From contig NZ_JBFGFI010000001.1 in assembly GCF_041579695.1 (NCBI RefSeq), positions 15,369-79,368 of the forward strand: 64,000 nucleotides of DNA, in the 5' to 3' direction. Shown piece by piece: positions 42,431 through 53,500 of the stretch. Position 1 is the stretch's first letter; the number at the start of each line of letters is the position of its first letter. The notes under the pieces are model-generated. The model worked only from the letters and a program-made list of their open reading frames with translations. It was not told the DNA's origin and made no database searches. This DNA is from Halopseudomonas sp. GTDB taxonomy: Bacteria > Pseudomonadota > Gammaproteobacteria > Pseudomonadales > Pseudomonadaceae. The position numbers and the translations under genes were made by a program.

Positions 42431-44020
42431 CTAGTCGGCGATGCCCTGGCTCAGGTAGCTGGCAACAAAGCTGTCAAAATCCGTTTCGTCAGACGCTTCG
42501 ATAGACTGCTGGTCGGCCAGGGAGGCCGCGGCTTCGGCCCGATAGGCGGCGAGGGTCTGGTCATCCAGTGGCCTGGCGGCAAAATGTTCGCGGTGCAGCT
42601 TCGATTGTTCCAGGGCAAAGCGGAAGAAGCTGTTGCCGTGCCCTGCGATCGCATCGAGCACCCGAGCCGATGGCGTCAACGCAGGATTTGCGAGTTTGGC
42701 CCGCTGCTCTGTCAGGCTCTGCGTGTAAACCTCGGCCTGATGTACGCGATCCAGCAGCGCGGCACAGTAGCCGATACGCCCCAGCAATTCGTCACCCCAG
42801 GTGACCAAATCTCGCGATTCGCCGCCGTCTGACAGCTGCAGGCCAGGCTCGCGACCACGCTTGACAGCCAGGGCGAAATTCTCACCGGTTTCCACACAAG
42901 CTTCCTCTGTCAGCGGCGGACTCTCGTGCAGGGCGCAGTAGAGCAGGAAGCTGTCCAGAAAGCGGGCCGTTGCCGGCTCGATACCCAATGGCACGAACGG
43001 GTCGATATCCATGCAGCGCACTTCAATGTACTCGACACCGCGCGAGGCAAGCGCGTGCACTGGCTTCTCGCCGCTATTGGTCACACGCTTGGGCCGGATC
43101 GGACTGTAGAACTCGTTCTCGATCTGCAACAGGTTGGTATTGAGCTGCTGCCATTGCCCGTCGCTATCATGCGTGCCCATACGGTCATAGGCGGCAAAGG
43201 GCAGACTGATTGCCTCCTGCATGCTCTGGATATAACTGTCGAGCGAGTTGTAGCAGACGTTCAGTCCTGACTGGGCGTTGTTGTTGTAACCCAGGTCACT
43301 CATGCGCAGGCTGGTGGCATAGGGCAGGTACAGCGTGTTGTCACCCAGCTTATGCAACTTGTGGTCACGACCCTGGAGGAAAGTCGCGCAGACTGCCGGC
43401 GAAGCGCCAAACAGGTACATCAGGAGCCAGGCGTAACGGCGGAAGTTGCGGATCATCGCCATGTAGCGGTCGGACTGGTAGTCCTGGGCAGAACGCTGGT
43501 CGCTTTCCTGCTGCTGCAAGGTCGCCCATAGCTTGGCCGGTAACGAGAAGTTGTAGTGAATGCCGGCGATACACTGCATCGCCTTGCCGTAGCGGATCGC
43601 CAGGCCACGACGATAGACATGCTTGAGCATGCCCACATTGGACGTGCCGTACCAGGCAATCGGGATCTGCGCATCGGCAGGCAGCCTGCATGGCATCGAC
43701 TCGGTCCACAGCAGCTCGTCACCCAGCTGTGCGTAGACGAAGCGATGGGTCATGTCGAGGCTGTCGAACAGCGCATCAAGGCTGGTGTTCACCGGGGTGA
43801 TCAACTCGATCAGCGCTTCTGAATAGTCGGTGGTGATACTCGGATGGGTCAGTGCCGAGCCCAGCGCCACCGGGTGCGGCGTATGCACCAGCGTGCCGTC
43901 CGGCGTGGTGCGCAAGCTTTCCTTTTCGATACCGTGGCGGCAACCGCGCAAGACTTCGCGTCCGGCAGTGCTGTAGAGCAGATCGAGAGTGTCGCTGAAT
44001 GCTGGTGACAAGGTTGTCAC
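42431..44020 (-). CDS. gshA: Glutamate-cysteine ligase
   Basis: GIEKESLR, HPSITTDYSEALIELITP, LQIENEFYSPIRPKR, YIEVRCMD. True start may be TTG at 44011. Confidence 0.96.
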   Translation of the reverse strand: MTTLSPAFSDTLDLLYSTAGREVLRGCRHGIEKESLRTTPDGTLVHTPHPVALGSALTHPSITTDYSEALIELITPVNTSLDALFDSLDMTHRFVYAQLGDELLWTESMPCRLPADAQIPIAWYGTSNVGMLKHVYRRGLAIRYGKAMQCIAGIHYNFSLPAKLWATLQQQESDQRSAQDYQSDRYMAMIRNFRRYAWLLMYLFGASPAVCATFLQGRDHKLHKLGDNTLYLPYATSLRMSDLGYNNNAQSGLNVCYNSLDSYIQSMQEAISLPFAAYDRMGTHDSDGQWQQLNTNLLQIENEFYSPIRPKRVTNSGEKPVHALASRGVEYIEVRCMDIDPFVPLGIEPATARFLDSFLLYCALHESPPLTEEACVETGENFALAVKRGREPGLQLSDGGESRDLVTWGDELLGRIGYCAALLDRVHQAEVYTQSLTEQRAKLANPALTPSARVLDAIAGHGNSFFRFALEQSKLHREHFAARPLDDQTLAAYRAEAAASLADQQSIEASDETDFDSFVASYLSQGIAD

Positions 44021-44074
44021 TCCTTAGCCAAACGGGCCCTGCGCATGGCGCACGGCAGACTGTTGAATACCGGA

Positions 44075-44461
44075 TCAGATCCGCGCGAAGGTGCCCAGGG
44101 CCTTGGCCACCAGGGCACCGTCCTGGCGTATCTCGCCATCAACCACCACTGTGCGGGTGCCGGCATGCACGACCTTGCCGATGCACTCCAGCTCACCACC
44201 GACTACCGCGCGGGTGTAGTTGATCTTGCACTCCACTGTAGCAGTCGATTCATGGGGCTCCAGGACGCTGAAAGCAGCCGCCCCCATGGCTGAATCCAGC
44301 AGCGAAAAAATCACCCCCCCGTGCACCCGCTCGGTAGAGTTGAAATGATCTTCACGGATCGGCAGGGTCAGCGTGCAGGTGCCGACTTCGATCGACTTGA
44401 ACTCAAGACCGAGCATCCGGGTAAAGGCGCTCATGCGATTTAATGTGGGATGTGGGCTCAT
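44075..44461 (-). CDS. PaaI-family thioesterase
   Basis: HGGVIFSLLDSAMG, TVECKINY hot-dog fold. Confidence 0.88.
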   Translation of the reverse strand: MSPHPTLNRMSAFTRMLGLEFKSIEVGTCTLTLPIREDHFNSTERVHGGVIFSLLDSAMGAAAFSVLEPHESTATVECKINYTRAVVGGELECIGKVVHAGTRTVVVDGEIRQDGALVAKALGTFARI

Positions 44462-44463
44462 TC

Positions 44464-46815
44464 TCAACGCTTCTTCAGGTCTTTGGCATTGGCAAACAGG
44501 TTGGCAAAGGTACCACCGGCGGCTGGCTGCGCACCAGCGCCGGCACTCTGACCGCGGCCCTGACCTTTGTTTTTGGCACGATCGCCCTGCGCCCGGGTCG
44601 GCCGATCGGAGGCACCGGGGCGCCCATGGGTTTCAGCGCCAGGCTCGTCATCCATGCGCATGCTGAGGCTAATGCGCTGGCGAGGGATGTCCACCTCCAT
44701 CACCTTGACGCGCACGATATCGCCGGCCTTCACCACATCCCGCGGATCCTTGACGAATTGGTGGGCGAGCATGGAAATATGTACCAGGCCGTCCTGGTGC
44801 ACGCCAATATCAACGAAGGCGCCAAAATTGGCGACGTTGCTCACCACGCCCTCAAGCTGCATGCCTGGCTTTAGATCGCGGAGGGTCTCGACGCCTTCCT
44901 GGAACGCCGCGGCCTTGAATTCCGGGCGCGGATCCCGACCCGGCTTGTCCAGCTCGAGCAAAATGTCGGTAATGGTCGGCACGCCGAAGTGGGCATCGGT
45001 GAAGTTCTTTGGGTCGAGCTTGCGCAGGAAGGCAGAATCACCAATCAGGGTACGCACATCGCGACCGGTTTCGCCGGCAATCCGCTCGACCAGCGGGTAG
45101 GCTTCCGGGTGCACCGCCGAGGCGTCCAGCGGGTTATCGCCATTCATCACCCGCAGAAAACCCGCAGCCTGTTCATAGGTCTTGTCACCCAGCCGCGCCA
45201 CCTTGAGCAGCTCGCGGCGGGTACCAAAGGCGCCGTGCTGATCACGGTAATCGACAATGTTCTGTGCGATGGTCGGATTGAGTCCCGAAACGCGCGTGAG
45301 TAGCGGCGCCGAGGCGGTATTGAGATCTACCCCGACGGCGTTCACACAGTCTTCGACCACCGCATTCAGGCTGCGCGCCAGCTTTACCTGGGACACGTCA
45401 TGCTGATACTGGCCGACACCGATGGCCTTGGGCTCGATCTTCACCAGTTCGGCCAGAGGGTCCTGCAGACGGCGCGCGATCGAGACTGCGCCGCGGAAGG
45501 TCACATCCAGTTCCGGGAATTCCTTGGCTGCCAGTTCCGATGCCGAGTACACCGATGCGCCCGCCTCGGACACCATGATCTTCTGCAGGGGCAGCTGCGG
45601 GCACAGCTTGATCAGTTCGCCTGCCAGCTTGTCACTCTCACGCGATGCGGTGCCATTGCCGATCGCCAGCAGGGTGACGCTGTGCTTGCTGCACAGCGCG
45701 GCCAGCACGGCCAGGGACTCCTGCCACTGGTTGCGTGGTGCGTGGGGAAATACGGTGGTGAAGTCCACCAGCTTGCCGGTCGCATCCACCACCACCACCT
45801 TGACGCCGGTGCGCAGCCCCGGGTCCAGCGCGAGGGTGACCCGCGGCCCTGCGGGCGCCGACAGCAGCAGATCCTTGAGGTTGCTGGCGAATACCCGGAT
45901 CGCTTCGTCTTCAGCGCTTTCGCGCAGATCACCGAGCAGTTCGGTTTCCAGCTGACCCAACAACTTGACGCGCCAGGTCCAGCGCACCACCTCGACCAGC
46001 CAACGGTCACCCGCACGCCCCTCGTCGCGAACATCCACCGCCTGGGCAATCATCCCCTCGCAGGGATGCGGCGCGCTGGCCGGCCGGTCCGGCTCACCGA
46101 GTTCCAGGCCAATACTGAGGATGCCCTCATTGCGCCCGCGCAGAATCGCCAGCGCGCGGTGCGAAGGTACCTTGCGCAGGTCTTCGGCATAATCGAAGTA
46201 ATCCCGGAACTTGGCGCCCTCCTGCTCCTTGCCCGGCACCAGTTTCGATACCACGCGGCCATCCTGACGCAGGGCGCTTCGCAGGCGCTCCAGCAGACTC
46301 GCCTGCTCGCTGAAGCGCTCCATCAATATGTACTTGGCGCCATCAAGTGCCGCTTTCACATCGGCAACGCCCTTCTCTGCATCAACAAACGCCGCCGCTT
46401 CCTGCTCGGGTGTCAGCGCCGGGTCGGCATACAGGCTCTCTGCCAGCGGACCCAGGCCTGCTTCCAGCGCTATCTGCCCCTTGGTGCGGCGCTTGGGCTT
46501 GTAGGGCAGATAGAGATCTTCCAGCCGGGTCTTGCTGTCGGCGCTGCGAATGTCGCGCTCGAGCTCGGCAGTCAGCTTGCCCTGCTCGCCAATACTGGCA
46601 AGAATGGTCGAACGGCGATCCTCGAGCTCGCGCAGGTAGCGCAAGCGCTCTTCCAGGTAACGCAGCTGGGTGTCGTCCAGACTGCCGGTGACCTCCTTGC
46701 GGTAGCGCGCAATGAACGGCACGCTGGCGCCTTCATCCAGCAGCCTCACGGTCGCGTCGACCTGCTCGGGACGAACGGCGAGTTCGGTGGCGATGCGTGA
46801 GGCGATAGATTCCAT
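44464..46815 (-). CDS. tex: Tex transcription accessory protein (S1 RNA-binding)
   Basis: [38 protein letters not shown]1 domain FGAFVDIGV. Confidence 0.95.
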   Translation of the reverse strand: MESIASRIATELAVRPEQVDATVRLLDEGASVPFIARYRKEVTGSLDDTQLRYLEERLRYLRELEDRRSTILASIGEQGKLTAELERDIRSADSKTRLEDLYLPYKPKRRTKGQIALEAGLGPLAESLYADPALTPEQEAAAFVDAEKGVADVKAALDGAKYILMERFSEQASLLERLRSALRQDGRVVSKLVPGKEQEGAKFRDYFDYAEDLRKVPSHRALAILRGRNEGILSIGLELGEPDRPASAPHPCEGMIAQAVDVRDEGRAGDRWLVEVVRWTWRVKLLGQLETELLGDLRESAEDEAIRVFASNLKDLLLSAPAGPRVTLALDPGLRTGVKVVVVDATGKLVDFTTVFPHAPRNQWQESLAVLAALCSKHSVTLLAIGNGTASRESDKLAGELIKLCPQLPLQKIMVSEAGASVYSASELAAKEFPELDVTFRGAVSIARRLQDPLAELVKIEPKAIGVGQYQHDVSQVKLARSLNAVVEDCVNAVGVDLNTASAPLLTRVSGLNPTIAQNIVDYRDQHGAFGTRRELLKVARLGDKTYEQAAGFLRVMNGDNPLDASAVHPEAYPLVERIAGETGRDVRTLIGDSAFLRKLDPKNFTDAHFGVPTITDILLELDKPGRDPRPEFKAAAFQEGVETLRDLKPGMQLEGVVSNVANFGAFVDIGVHQDGLVHISMLAHQFVKDPRDVVKAGDIVRVKVMEVDIPRQRISLSMRMDDEPGAETHGRPGASDRPTRAQGDRAKNKGQGRGQSAGAGAQPAAGGTFANLFANAKDLKKR

Positions 46816-47014
46816 GGGCAAGATTTCCGAGTCAGTTTTACAGGCAGCGCAGTATAACCGACAGATTCGCTCACGGGGTGGATCGGGGGAACTCGGCGGC
46901 CGACTGCTCAGGGGTAAAAACTTATACAAAAGAAACCTCTTGTAACAATGCGCAGGCCCGCTAACAGGCGGGTTCATACACAATACAAACGAACTGAACA
47001 AGGGTGGAGCCGGT

Positions 47015-47737
47015 ATGACCAGTGAAGGTGAAAAGATCCTGATTGTTGACGACGACGTGCGACTGCGCCGTTTGCTCGAGCGCTTTCTGACTGAACAGGG
47101 TTATCGCGTCAGGGCCGTGGAAAATACCGAACAGATGGATCGCCTGCTTGCCCGCGAACTCTATTCATTGATTGTGCTGGACCTGATGCTGCCCGGCGAG
47201 GATGGTCTGACTGCGTGCAAGCGTCTGCGCGACCAGGACAACAAGACGCCAATCATCATGCTGACCGCCAAGGGCGACGAGGCCAGCCGGATTCTCGGCC
47301 TGGAACAGGGCGCAGATGACTATCTGCCCAAGCCGTTTAATCCCCGCGAACTGGTCGCCCGCATCAAGGCGGTACTGCGTCGCCAGGCTCCCCAGGTGCC
47401 GGGCGCCCCGGGTGGCGAGGACGAAGAAGTCAGCTTCGGCGAGTTCGTACTCAGCCTGGCCACACGCGAACTGCGCCGTGGCGATGAAGTGCATATGCTG
47501 ACCACGGGTGAATTCGCCGTGCTCAAGGCCCTGGTGCAGCATCCCCGTGAACCGCTCACCCGTGACAAGCTCATGCAGCTGGCCCGCGGCCGCGAATGGG
47601 ATGCACTGGAACGCTCGATCGACGTGCAGATCTCACGCTTGCGCCGCATGCTTGAGCCCGATCCATCCAAGCCGCGTTACATCCAGACCGTATGGGGTGT
47701 CGGCTACGTATTCGTACCGGACGGCAAGGGTTCGTGA
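47015..47737 (+). CDS. ompR: Response regulator OmpR (AmgR ortholog)
   Basis: [41 protein letters not shown]. Confidence 0.93.
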   Translation: MTSEGEKILIVDDDVRLRRLLERFLTEQGYRVRAVENTEQMDRLLARELYSLIVLDLMLPGEDGLTACKRLRDQDNKTPIIMLTAKGDEASRILGLEQGADDYLPKPFNPRELVARIKAVLRRQAPQVPGAPGGEDEEVSFGEFVLSLATRELRRGDEVHMLTTGEFAVLKALVQHPREPLTRDKLMQLARGREWDALERSIDVQISRLRRMLEPDPSKPRYIQTVWGVGYVFVPDGKGS

Positions 47738-49035
47738 AAGGGGGTCCCGGCTGGCATCCATTGATGCCGCGCAGCTTCTTTGCCCGCACTATCACGCTGG
47801 TACTGCTGGTTACGCTGTTTTCAAAAATCCTGACCATGCTGTACCTGCTGGCCAACGAAGATCTGCTGGTCGATCGGCAGTACAGCCACGGTACCGCAAT
47901 GCTGGTCACTTCCTACTGGGCCAGCGATCCCGCCGCCCGTGCAGAGATCGAGCAGGTCACCGGCCTGCGCCTGATACCTGCCCAGGAGGTACCCAAGGGA
48001 GAAGTTCACTGGCCCTACTCGGGCATATTTACCACTCAGCTTCGTGAAGAGCTGGGCGACATGACCCAGGTACGTGTGCGCATACAGGGCGAACCGCTGC
48101 TTTGGGTGCATCAACCCAGCTACGGCGACAACTGGTTGCAGGTGCCCCTCTACGCGCACCCACTTCGTGGCCAGCGTATCTGGATAGTAGTGCTCTGGCT
48201 GGGGCTTATAGGCCTGCTCTCCACCGCAGCCGCCTGGGTATTCGTGCGCCAGCTCAACAACCCGCTGAAAACCCTCGAGCGTGCAGCAAGGCGTATCGGA
48301 AAGGGACAGAGCGTGCGCCTGCTGGATACTAACTGTCCGGCCGAGATTTCCGAGGTATACCGGGCCTTCAACCAGATGGCTTACGACGTCGAACAGGCCA
48401 ACCGCGACCGGGCAATGCTACTGGCCGGCGTATCCCACGACCTGCGTACACCGCTGACCCGTATGCGTCTTTCGACCGAGCTGCTGTCCAGCGCCGATCC
48501 CGACCTGACCGAGGGCATGATTCGCGACATTGAGGACATGGATGCGATTCTCGACCAGTTCATGTCCTTCATGCGTGACGGCAGTACCGAGGCGACCGAG
48601 GCCGAGGACATCAATGACATTATTCGTGAGGTAGTCGCGCCGCTGAATACCGGCGAGGAACTGGTCAGGCTATGCCTTGAGCCGGTGCCGCTGATCAAGC
48701 TTCGGCGCCTGTCGATGAAGCGGGTAATCGGCAACCTGATCGACAATGCACTGCACCACGGTGGCGCCGGCATAGAGGTCTGTACCTACGTTACCCGTGC
48801 CGCCGCGCAGCCCTATCTGGTAGTTGCGATTCTGGATCGCGGGCCCGGTATCGATCCCACCGAGTGCGAAGCCCTGTTCACGCCGTTCACCCGCGGCGAC
48901 CGTGCACGCACTACCAAGGGTACCGGCCTGGGTCTGGCGATCGTCAAGCGCATCGCCGAGAGCCATGGAGCCACCGTGCAGCTGCTCAACCGCAGTGGCG
49001 GCGGCACCGAGGCGCGGCTGAGCTTTCCGGTCTGA
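47734..49035 (+). CDS. envZ: Sensor kinase EnvZ (AmgS ortholog)
   Basis: Two TM helices, HAMP, GVSHDLRTPL, DRGPG, GTGLGL; GTG overlaps the ompR stop. Confidence 0.9.
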   Translation: MKGGPGWHPLMPRSFFARTITLVLLVTLFSKILTMLYLLANEDLLVDRQYSHGTAMLVTSYWASDPAARAEIEQVTGLRLIPAQEVPKGEVHWPYSGIFTTQLREELGDMTQVRVRIQGEPLLWVHQPSYGDNWLQVPLYAHPLRGQRIWIVVLWLGLIGLLSTAAAWVFVRQLNNPLKTLERAARRIGKGQSVRLLDTNCPAEISEVYRAFNQMAYDVEQANRDRAMLLAGVSHDLRTPLTRMRLSTELLSSADPDLTEGMIRDIEDMDAILDQFMSFMRDGSTEATEAEDINDIIREVVAPLNTGEELVRLCLEPVPLIKLRRLSMKRVIGNLIDNALHHGGAGIEVCTYVTRAAAQPYLVVAILDRGPGIDPTECEALFTPFTRGDRARTTKGTGLGLAIVKRIAESHGATVQLLNRSGGGTEARLSFPV

Positions 49036-49045
49036 GCGCCGGGCG

Positions 49046-49513
49046 TCAGGCGCGCAGCAGACCGGCGTTATTCAGGGTCTGCTCGATGCCGAGCAGATCG
49101 GGTATGCACAATGTCTGCGCCTCCTCGCCCAGCTTCACCGTCTGCAGCACATAAGGAACACAGCCCTGTTCGGCACTGATCTCGCCTCGGGTGATTTTGC
49201 GCGAACGGGGAATGCTCCATACGCGCAGGGCAATGAAATGCACCCCCGGCCGCTCGCCGATGGCATTGAGGATCAGCGTGCGTGGCTGTCTCCCGGTCTC
49301 ATCAGGCTGCTCGTCGAGGAGCACATAGGGATCGACTACCGGCACCTGCTGGTCACGCCAGAGCGTCCAGCCAAGAAACCAGGGCGGAGCGTTACCGGGC
49401 TCGCGGTTGAGACGAAACCCCACCAGCTCCGCCACTGCCACGTTGGGCAGCAGCAGCGCCTGCTCCGCGAGCGGAACGATCAGTCCATTCAGGCTTTCCA
49501 GTGCGTCCGTCAT
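49046..49513 (-). CDS. chpC: CheW-like protein of the Chp system
   Basis: LLLPNVAVAELV, WFLGWTLWRDQQVPVV; last gene of the cluster. Confidence 0.87.
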   Translation of the reverse strand: MTDALESLNGLIVPLAEQALLLPNVAVAELVGFRLNREPGNAPPWFLGWTLWRDQQVPVVDPYVLLDEQPDETGRQPRTLILNAIGERPGVHFIALRVWSIPRSRKITRGEISAEQGCVPYVLQTVKLGEEAQTLCIPDLLGIEQTLNNAGLLRA

Positions 49514-49548
49514 ACCGCGTCCTCTCGTATTTCTGTTTTGCCGCCGCG

Positions 49549-50517
49549 CTAAAGCGCAACCGGCCATTCCTGTGCTACCCAGTAGCGCAGCGCATCAGCC
49601 AGTGCTTCCGGTGAACCTTGGCGGCTACTGTAACCCGCATCTTTCACCGCCTCGGGCATGATCGCGCAGGCTGCGCTCTCGGCGTCCTGAGTCCAGACCT
49701 GAATTCCCTGGTCGCGCAGTCGGCCACATGCCTGCACGCCATCCTCACCCATCCCGCTGAAAATGATGGCACCACAGGCCGGCGCGAAGGCGCCGGCAAC
49801 AGCATCGAGCAGTGTCTCGATAGAAGGCTGGTAAGGTCCGGGCCAGGGCGTGTCGCTGAGCCGTACCTGCCCTTCCGGCGAAAAGCTCAGGCTTCGCCTG
49901 ATCGGTGCCACGAGAACCTCTCCCTCATGCAGATGAGCACCGCTGACACAGTTGAGCACCCGCCAGGTATTCTGCCGGCCGAGGATCACCGGTAACTGCG
50001 CCTCGAATCCGGCATCAATGTGCTGCGCATAGACGAATGCGACCGGCAGCGTAGCCGGCAACCGGTCAAGAAAACGCTTCACCGCTGCAGGCCCGCCCAA
50101 GGATGCCGCAAGCAACCAGATGCACCGGGCCGGCGGTAATCCAGGCGGCGCGTTTTCGAAACCGGGCGGCGGGCATTGCGGTTCCGGCGGCGGCCCCAGC
50201 AACGGTAGCAGCTTGGCCAGGAGCCGGCGTTTCCAGCGTGGATAATCCTCGCTTTCGTGATGCGGTACCTCCCCCGCCCCCAGGAGCACCGGTACCGGGC
50301 TTTGCTCAAGAAGCCAGTCGGCCAGCTCGGACTCATCGGCCAGCTCCAGCAACCAGGCGTCAGCCTCGATTGCCTCCAGCGCAGCACAGTCCAGGTCCTC
50401 GGGTGCGCCAGCGAAGATCACCCGATAACCGAAGCCTTCGAGCACCTCCTGCAACAGCTGACGCTTCTGCGTGGTGCCTGCCAGCAGCGCAATAGCAGGC
50501 GCAGCTGGCTCAATCAC
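49549..50517 (-). CDS. chpB: CheB-like methylesterase
   Basis: AASLGGP, YAQHID, PSIE, SGMGEDG; GTG start overlaps the chpA stop. Confidence 0.88.
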   Translation of the reverse strand: MIEPAAPAIALLAGTTQKRQLLQEVLEGFGYRVIFAGAPEDLDCAALEAIEADAWLLELADESELADWLLEQSPVPVLLGAGEVPHHESEDYPRWKRRLLAKLLPLLGPPPEPQCPPPGFENAPPGLPPARCIWLLAASLGGPAAVKRFLDRLPATLPVAFVYAQHIDAGFEAQLPVILGRQNTWRVLNCVSGAHLHEGEVLVAPIRRSLSFSPEGQVRLSDTPWPGPYQPSIETLLDAVAGAFAPACGAIIFSGMGEDGVQACGRLRDQGIQVWTQDAESAACAIMPEAVKDAGYSSRQGSPEALADALRYWVAQEWPVAL

Positions 50518-53500
50518 GAACCTTGACCAGCTTGCCAATTGCTTCCAGCAACTGGCTTTCCTGGTAGGGCTTGCCCAGATAATCATTCACGCCGATGGTC
50601 TTCGCGCGCTCCCGGTGCTTCTCTCCGGTACGCGATGTGATCATCACGATCGGCAGGTCCTTGAGCCGTTCGTCATGACGCACCAGCGTGGCGACTTCGA
50701 AGCCGTCCATACGGGGCATTTCGATGTCCAGCAGCATGATGTCCGGGTGCATATCCTGCAGCCGGGCAATTGCCTCGACCCCGTCCTTGGCGGTAACCAC
50801 TTCCATGCCGTGACGCTCGAGCAGACGAGTTGTGACCTTGCGCACGGTAATCGAATCGTCGACCACCATCACCAGGGTCGCGCGCTCTTCTTCCTTTTCC
50901 GCGCCGCCCTGGGCACGTTCGGCCGCAAGACGCTGCTGGGACTGCAACGCCAGCTGGGCGCGGATGATCGCAAGCAGGTCGAGAATCACTACCACGCGGC
51001 CATCCCCGAGGATGGTGGCGCCGGAGATACCCGGCACCACGGCGAATTGCTTGCCCATACTCTTCACCACGATTTCCCGCGATCCGGCCAGTGCGTCGAC
51101 CTGGACGGCCACCGTGTGCTCAGCGCCGCGTACCAGGATGACCGGCAGCGGCAAGCTGTGCCCGCTGAGTCGCGGCTGCTGCCCGGTTACCAGCAGATCA
51201 CCGAGATAGCGCAGGTCATAACGCTTGCCGGCGTATTCGAACGGCGGGGCGTCGGGGGCGTAATAGGCCTCCAGCTCATAGCCGGAGACGCGCACGATAC
51301 CCTCGATGGTATTCAGCGGAATTGCGTACAGGTCATCTCCGGAGTAGACCATCAGTGCCCGGTTGACCGATACGGTGAAGGGCAGGCGAATGGTGAAGGT
51401 GCTGCCCTTGCCCGGACGGGTGTCCAGGCTCATGCTGCCGCCAAGCTGCTTGACCTCCGAGTTGACCACATCCATACCGACGCCACGGCCGGAAATCTGG
51501 GTAACCTTGTCGGCGGTGGAGAAACCGGCCTCGAGAATGAACTGCAGCACTTCCTGGTCGGTCAGCTCGGCGTCGGCGTCCATCAGACCGCGCTCGATCG
51601 CCTTGCGGCGTACCGCGTCCAGGTTGATGCCAGCGCCGTCGTCTGACAACAGCAGGACGATCTCGCCGCCCTCGCGTTGCAGATCGAGGGTAATGCGGCC
51701 CTCCTCCGGTTTGCCTTGCTCCTGGCGCACTTCGGGCAATTCGATACCATGGTCCACCGCGTTACGCAGCATGTGCTCCAGCGGCCCGATCATGCGTTCG
51801 AGCACGCTGCGATCCATTTCGCCCTCGGCGCTGCCAATCTCCAGAATCACCTGCTTGCCCACTTCGCTGGCCACCTGACGCACCACCCGGCGCATCCGCG
51901 GCAGAAGCCGTTCAAACGGCACCATGCGCGTGCGCATCAAACCTTCCTGCAACTCGGTGTTAACGCGCGCCTGCTGCAGCAGCAACGTCTCCGCGTCACG
52001 GCTCTTGGCGGCCAGGGTTTCCTTCAGATCGAGCAAATCCGACGCGGACTCGAACAGCGAGCGCGACAGCTGCTGCAGCTGCGAATAGCGGTCCATTTCC
52101 AGCGGATCGAAGTCCTCGTAGGCCTGATCGATCTCTTCCTGGTGACGCGAAAGAATCTGCGCCTGGGTCTCCATGTCGAGACGACGCAGCTGATCGCGCA
52201 CTCGCTCGATGGTGCTGTCGACGTCGTTCAGCGTATGGGCCAGATCGTTGACCTGCTGTTCGATCCGGCCGCGGAAAATGGATGTCTCCCCGGCCAGGTT
52301 GACCAGCTCTTCAAGCAGCTTGGCCGATACCTTGACGGTTTCCTGGCCACTGATACGTGCAGACTGATCATCGCTACCGGCATCACTGGCCGCCATTGCC
52401 TGTTGTAGTATGTTCTTGACCGCAGCCAGGGTCTGACGCGGAGCAGCTATTGCTTGCGGCGGCTCTCCGGCACTGGCGGTCGGAGGCGCCGACGGTGCGG
52501 GCGCAGCGATTTCGGGCATGGACCAGTCTGCCAGCCCGGGCTCGACGCCGCCGCCGAGACTTTCCACTGCCGCGTGCAGTTGCTGCAATTGGTTATTCAA
52601 CTGCTCCGGCGACGCACTTGCCCCTTGCAGATCGGCTTCCAGTTTCTTGCTTTGCCCGGCCAGCTCGCTCTGGCCTGCCATCCGCGCACTGCCCTTGAGG
52701 GTCTGCACACGACGCACCAGTTCGTCAGCCGCGGCCGGTTCGTCCTGGCTGCGCGCCAGTAGCGCAGCGCAGGGGGCCAAGAGCTCGCGCGCCTCTTCCA
52801 CGAACATGCCCAGCATGCCCTGCAATGGATCGGTTGCCAGTATCTCGGTGGAATCGGTTTCCTTTGCTTCGCGCTGCAACTGCGGCGCCACCTCTGCCTC
52901 ATCGCTCTGACCAGGCAACTGCGGGGGCTTGTCGGGTTGCGCGCGATAACCCTTGATCGCGGCGATCAGGGCCGAGCCGTCACTGATCGGCCGGCCGGCC
53001 ATCACACCCTCAACCATCTCGGCCAGACTGTCGTGGCAGGCATGCAACAGATCATTCAGGCCGGCGCTGGGCTGATAACGCTGGTTGCCCAGGCCTTCGT
53101 AGATAAATTCCAGCTCGTGGGCGAGATCACCGATCGGCGGAATCTCCGCCATGCGGGCGCCGCCCTTGAGGGTATGCAGATCCCGCTGCAGGGATTCCAC
53201 TGCCAGGGTGTTCGCCGGATCGGCGATCCATTCCTGCAAACTGGCCGATGCGCTGTCGATGATCTCCTGAGCCTCCTCCAGGAAGATATCCACCAGCTCG
53301 GCATCAGTACCGGCATCCTGCGGATTCCAGGTGGCGCCGGATACAGCTGGTGCGGGCGAGACGGGTTCACCAGCCGCCTGAGGCGGATGCGGCAGCAGTG
53401 CATGCAATGCTGCAATTTCGGCTGTCGCCGGCGCGATATGCTGGTGGGCCGCTACCTGGTCCATCATGCCGATCAGACGCTCATGCGCGGCGGTCAGGGC

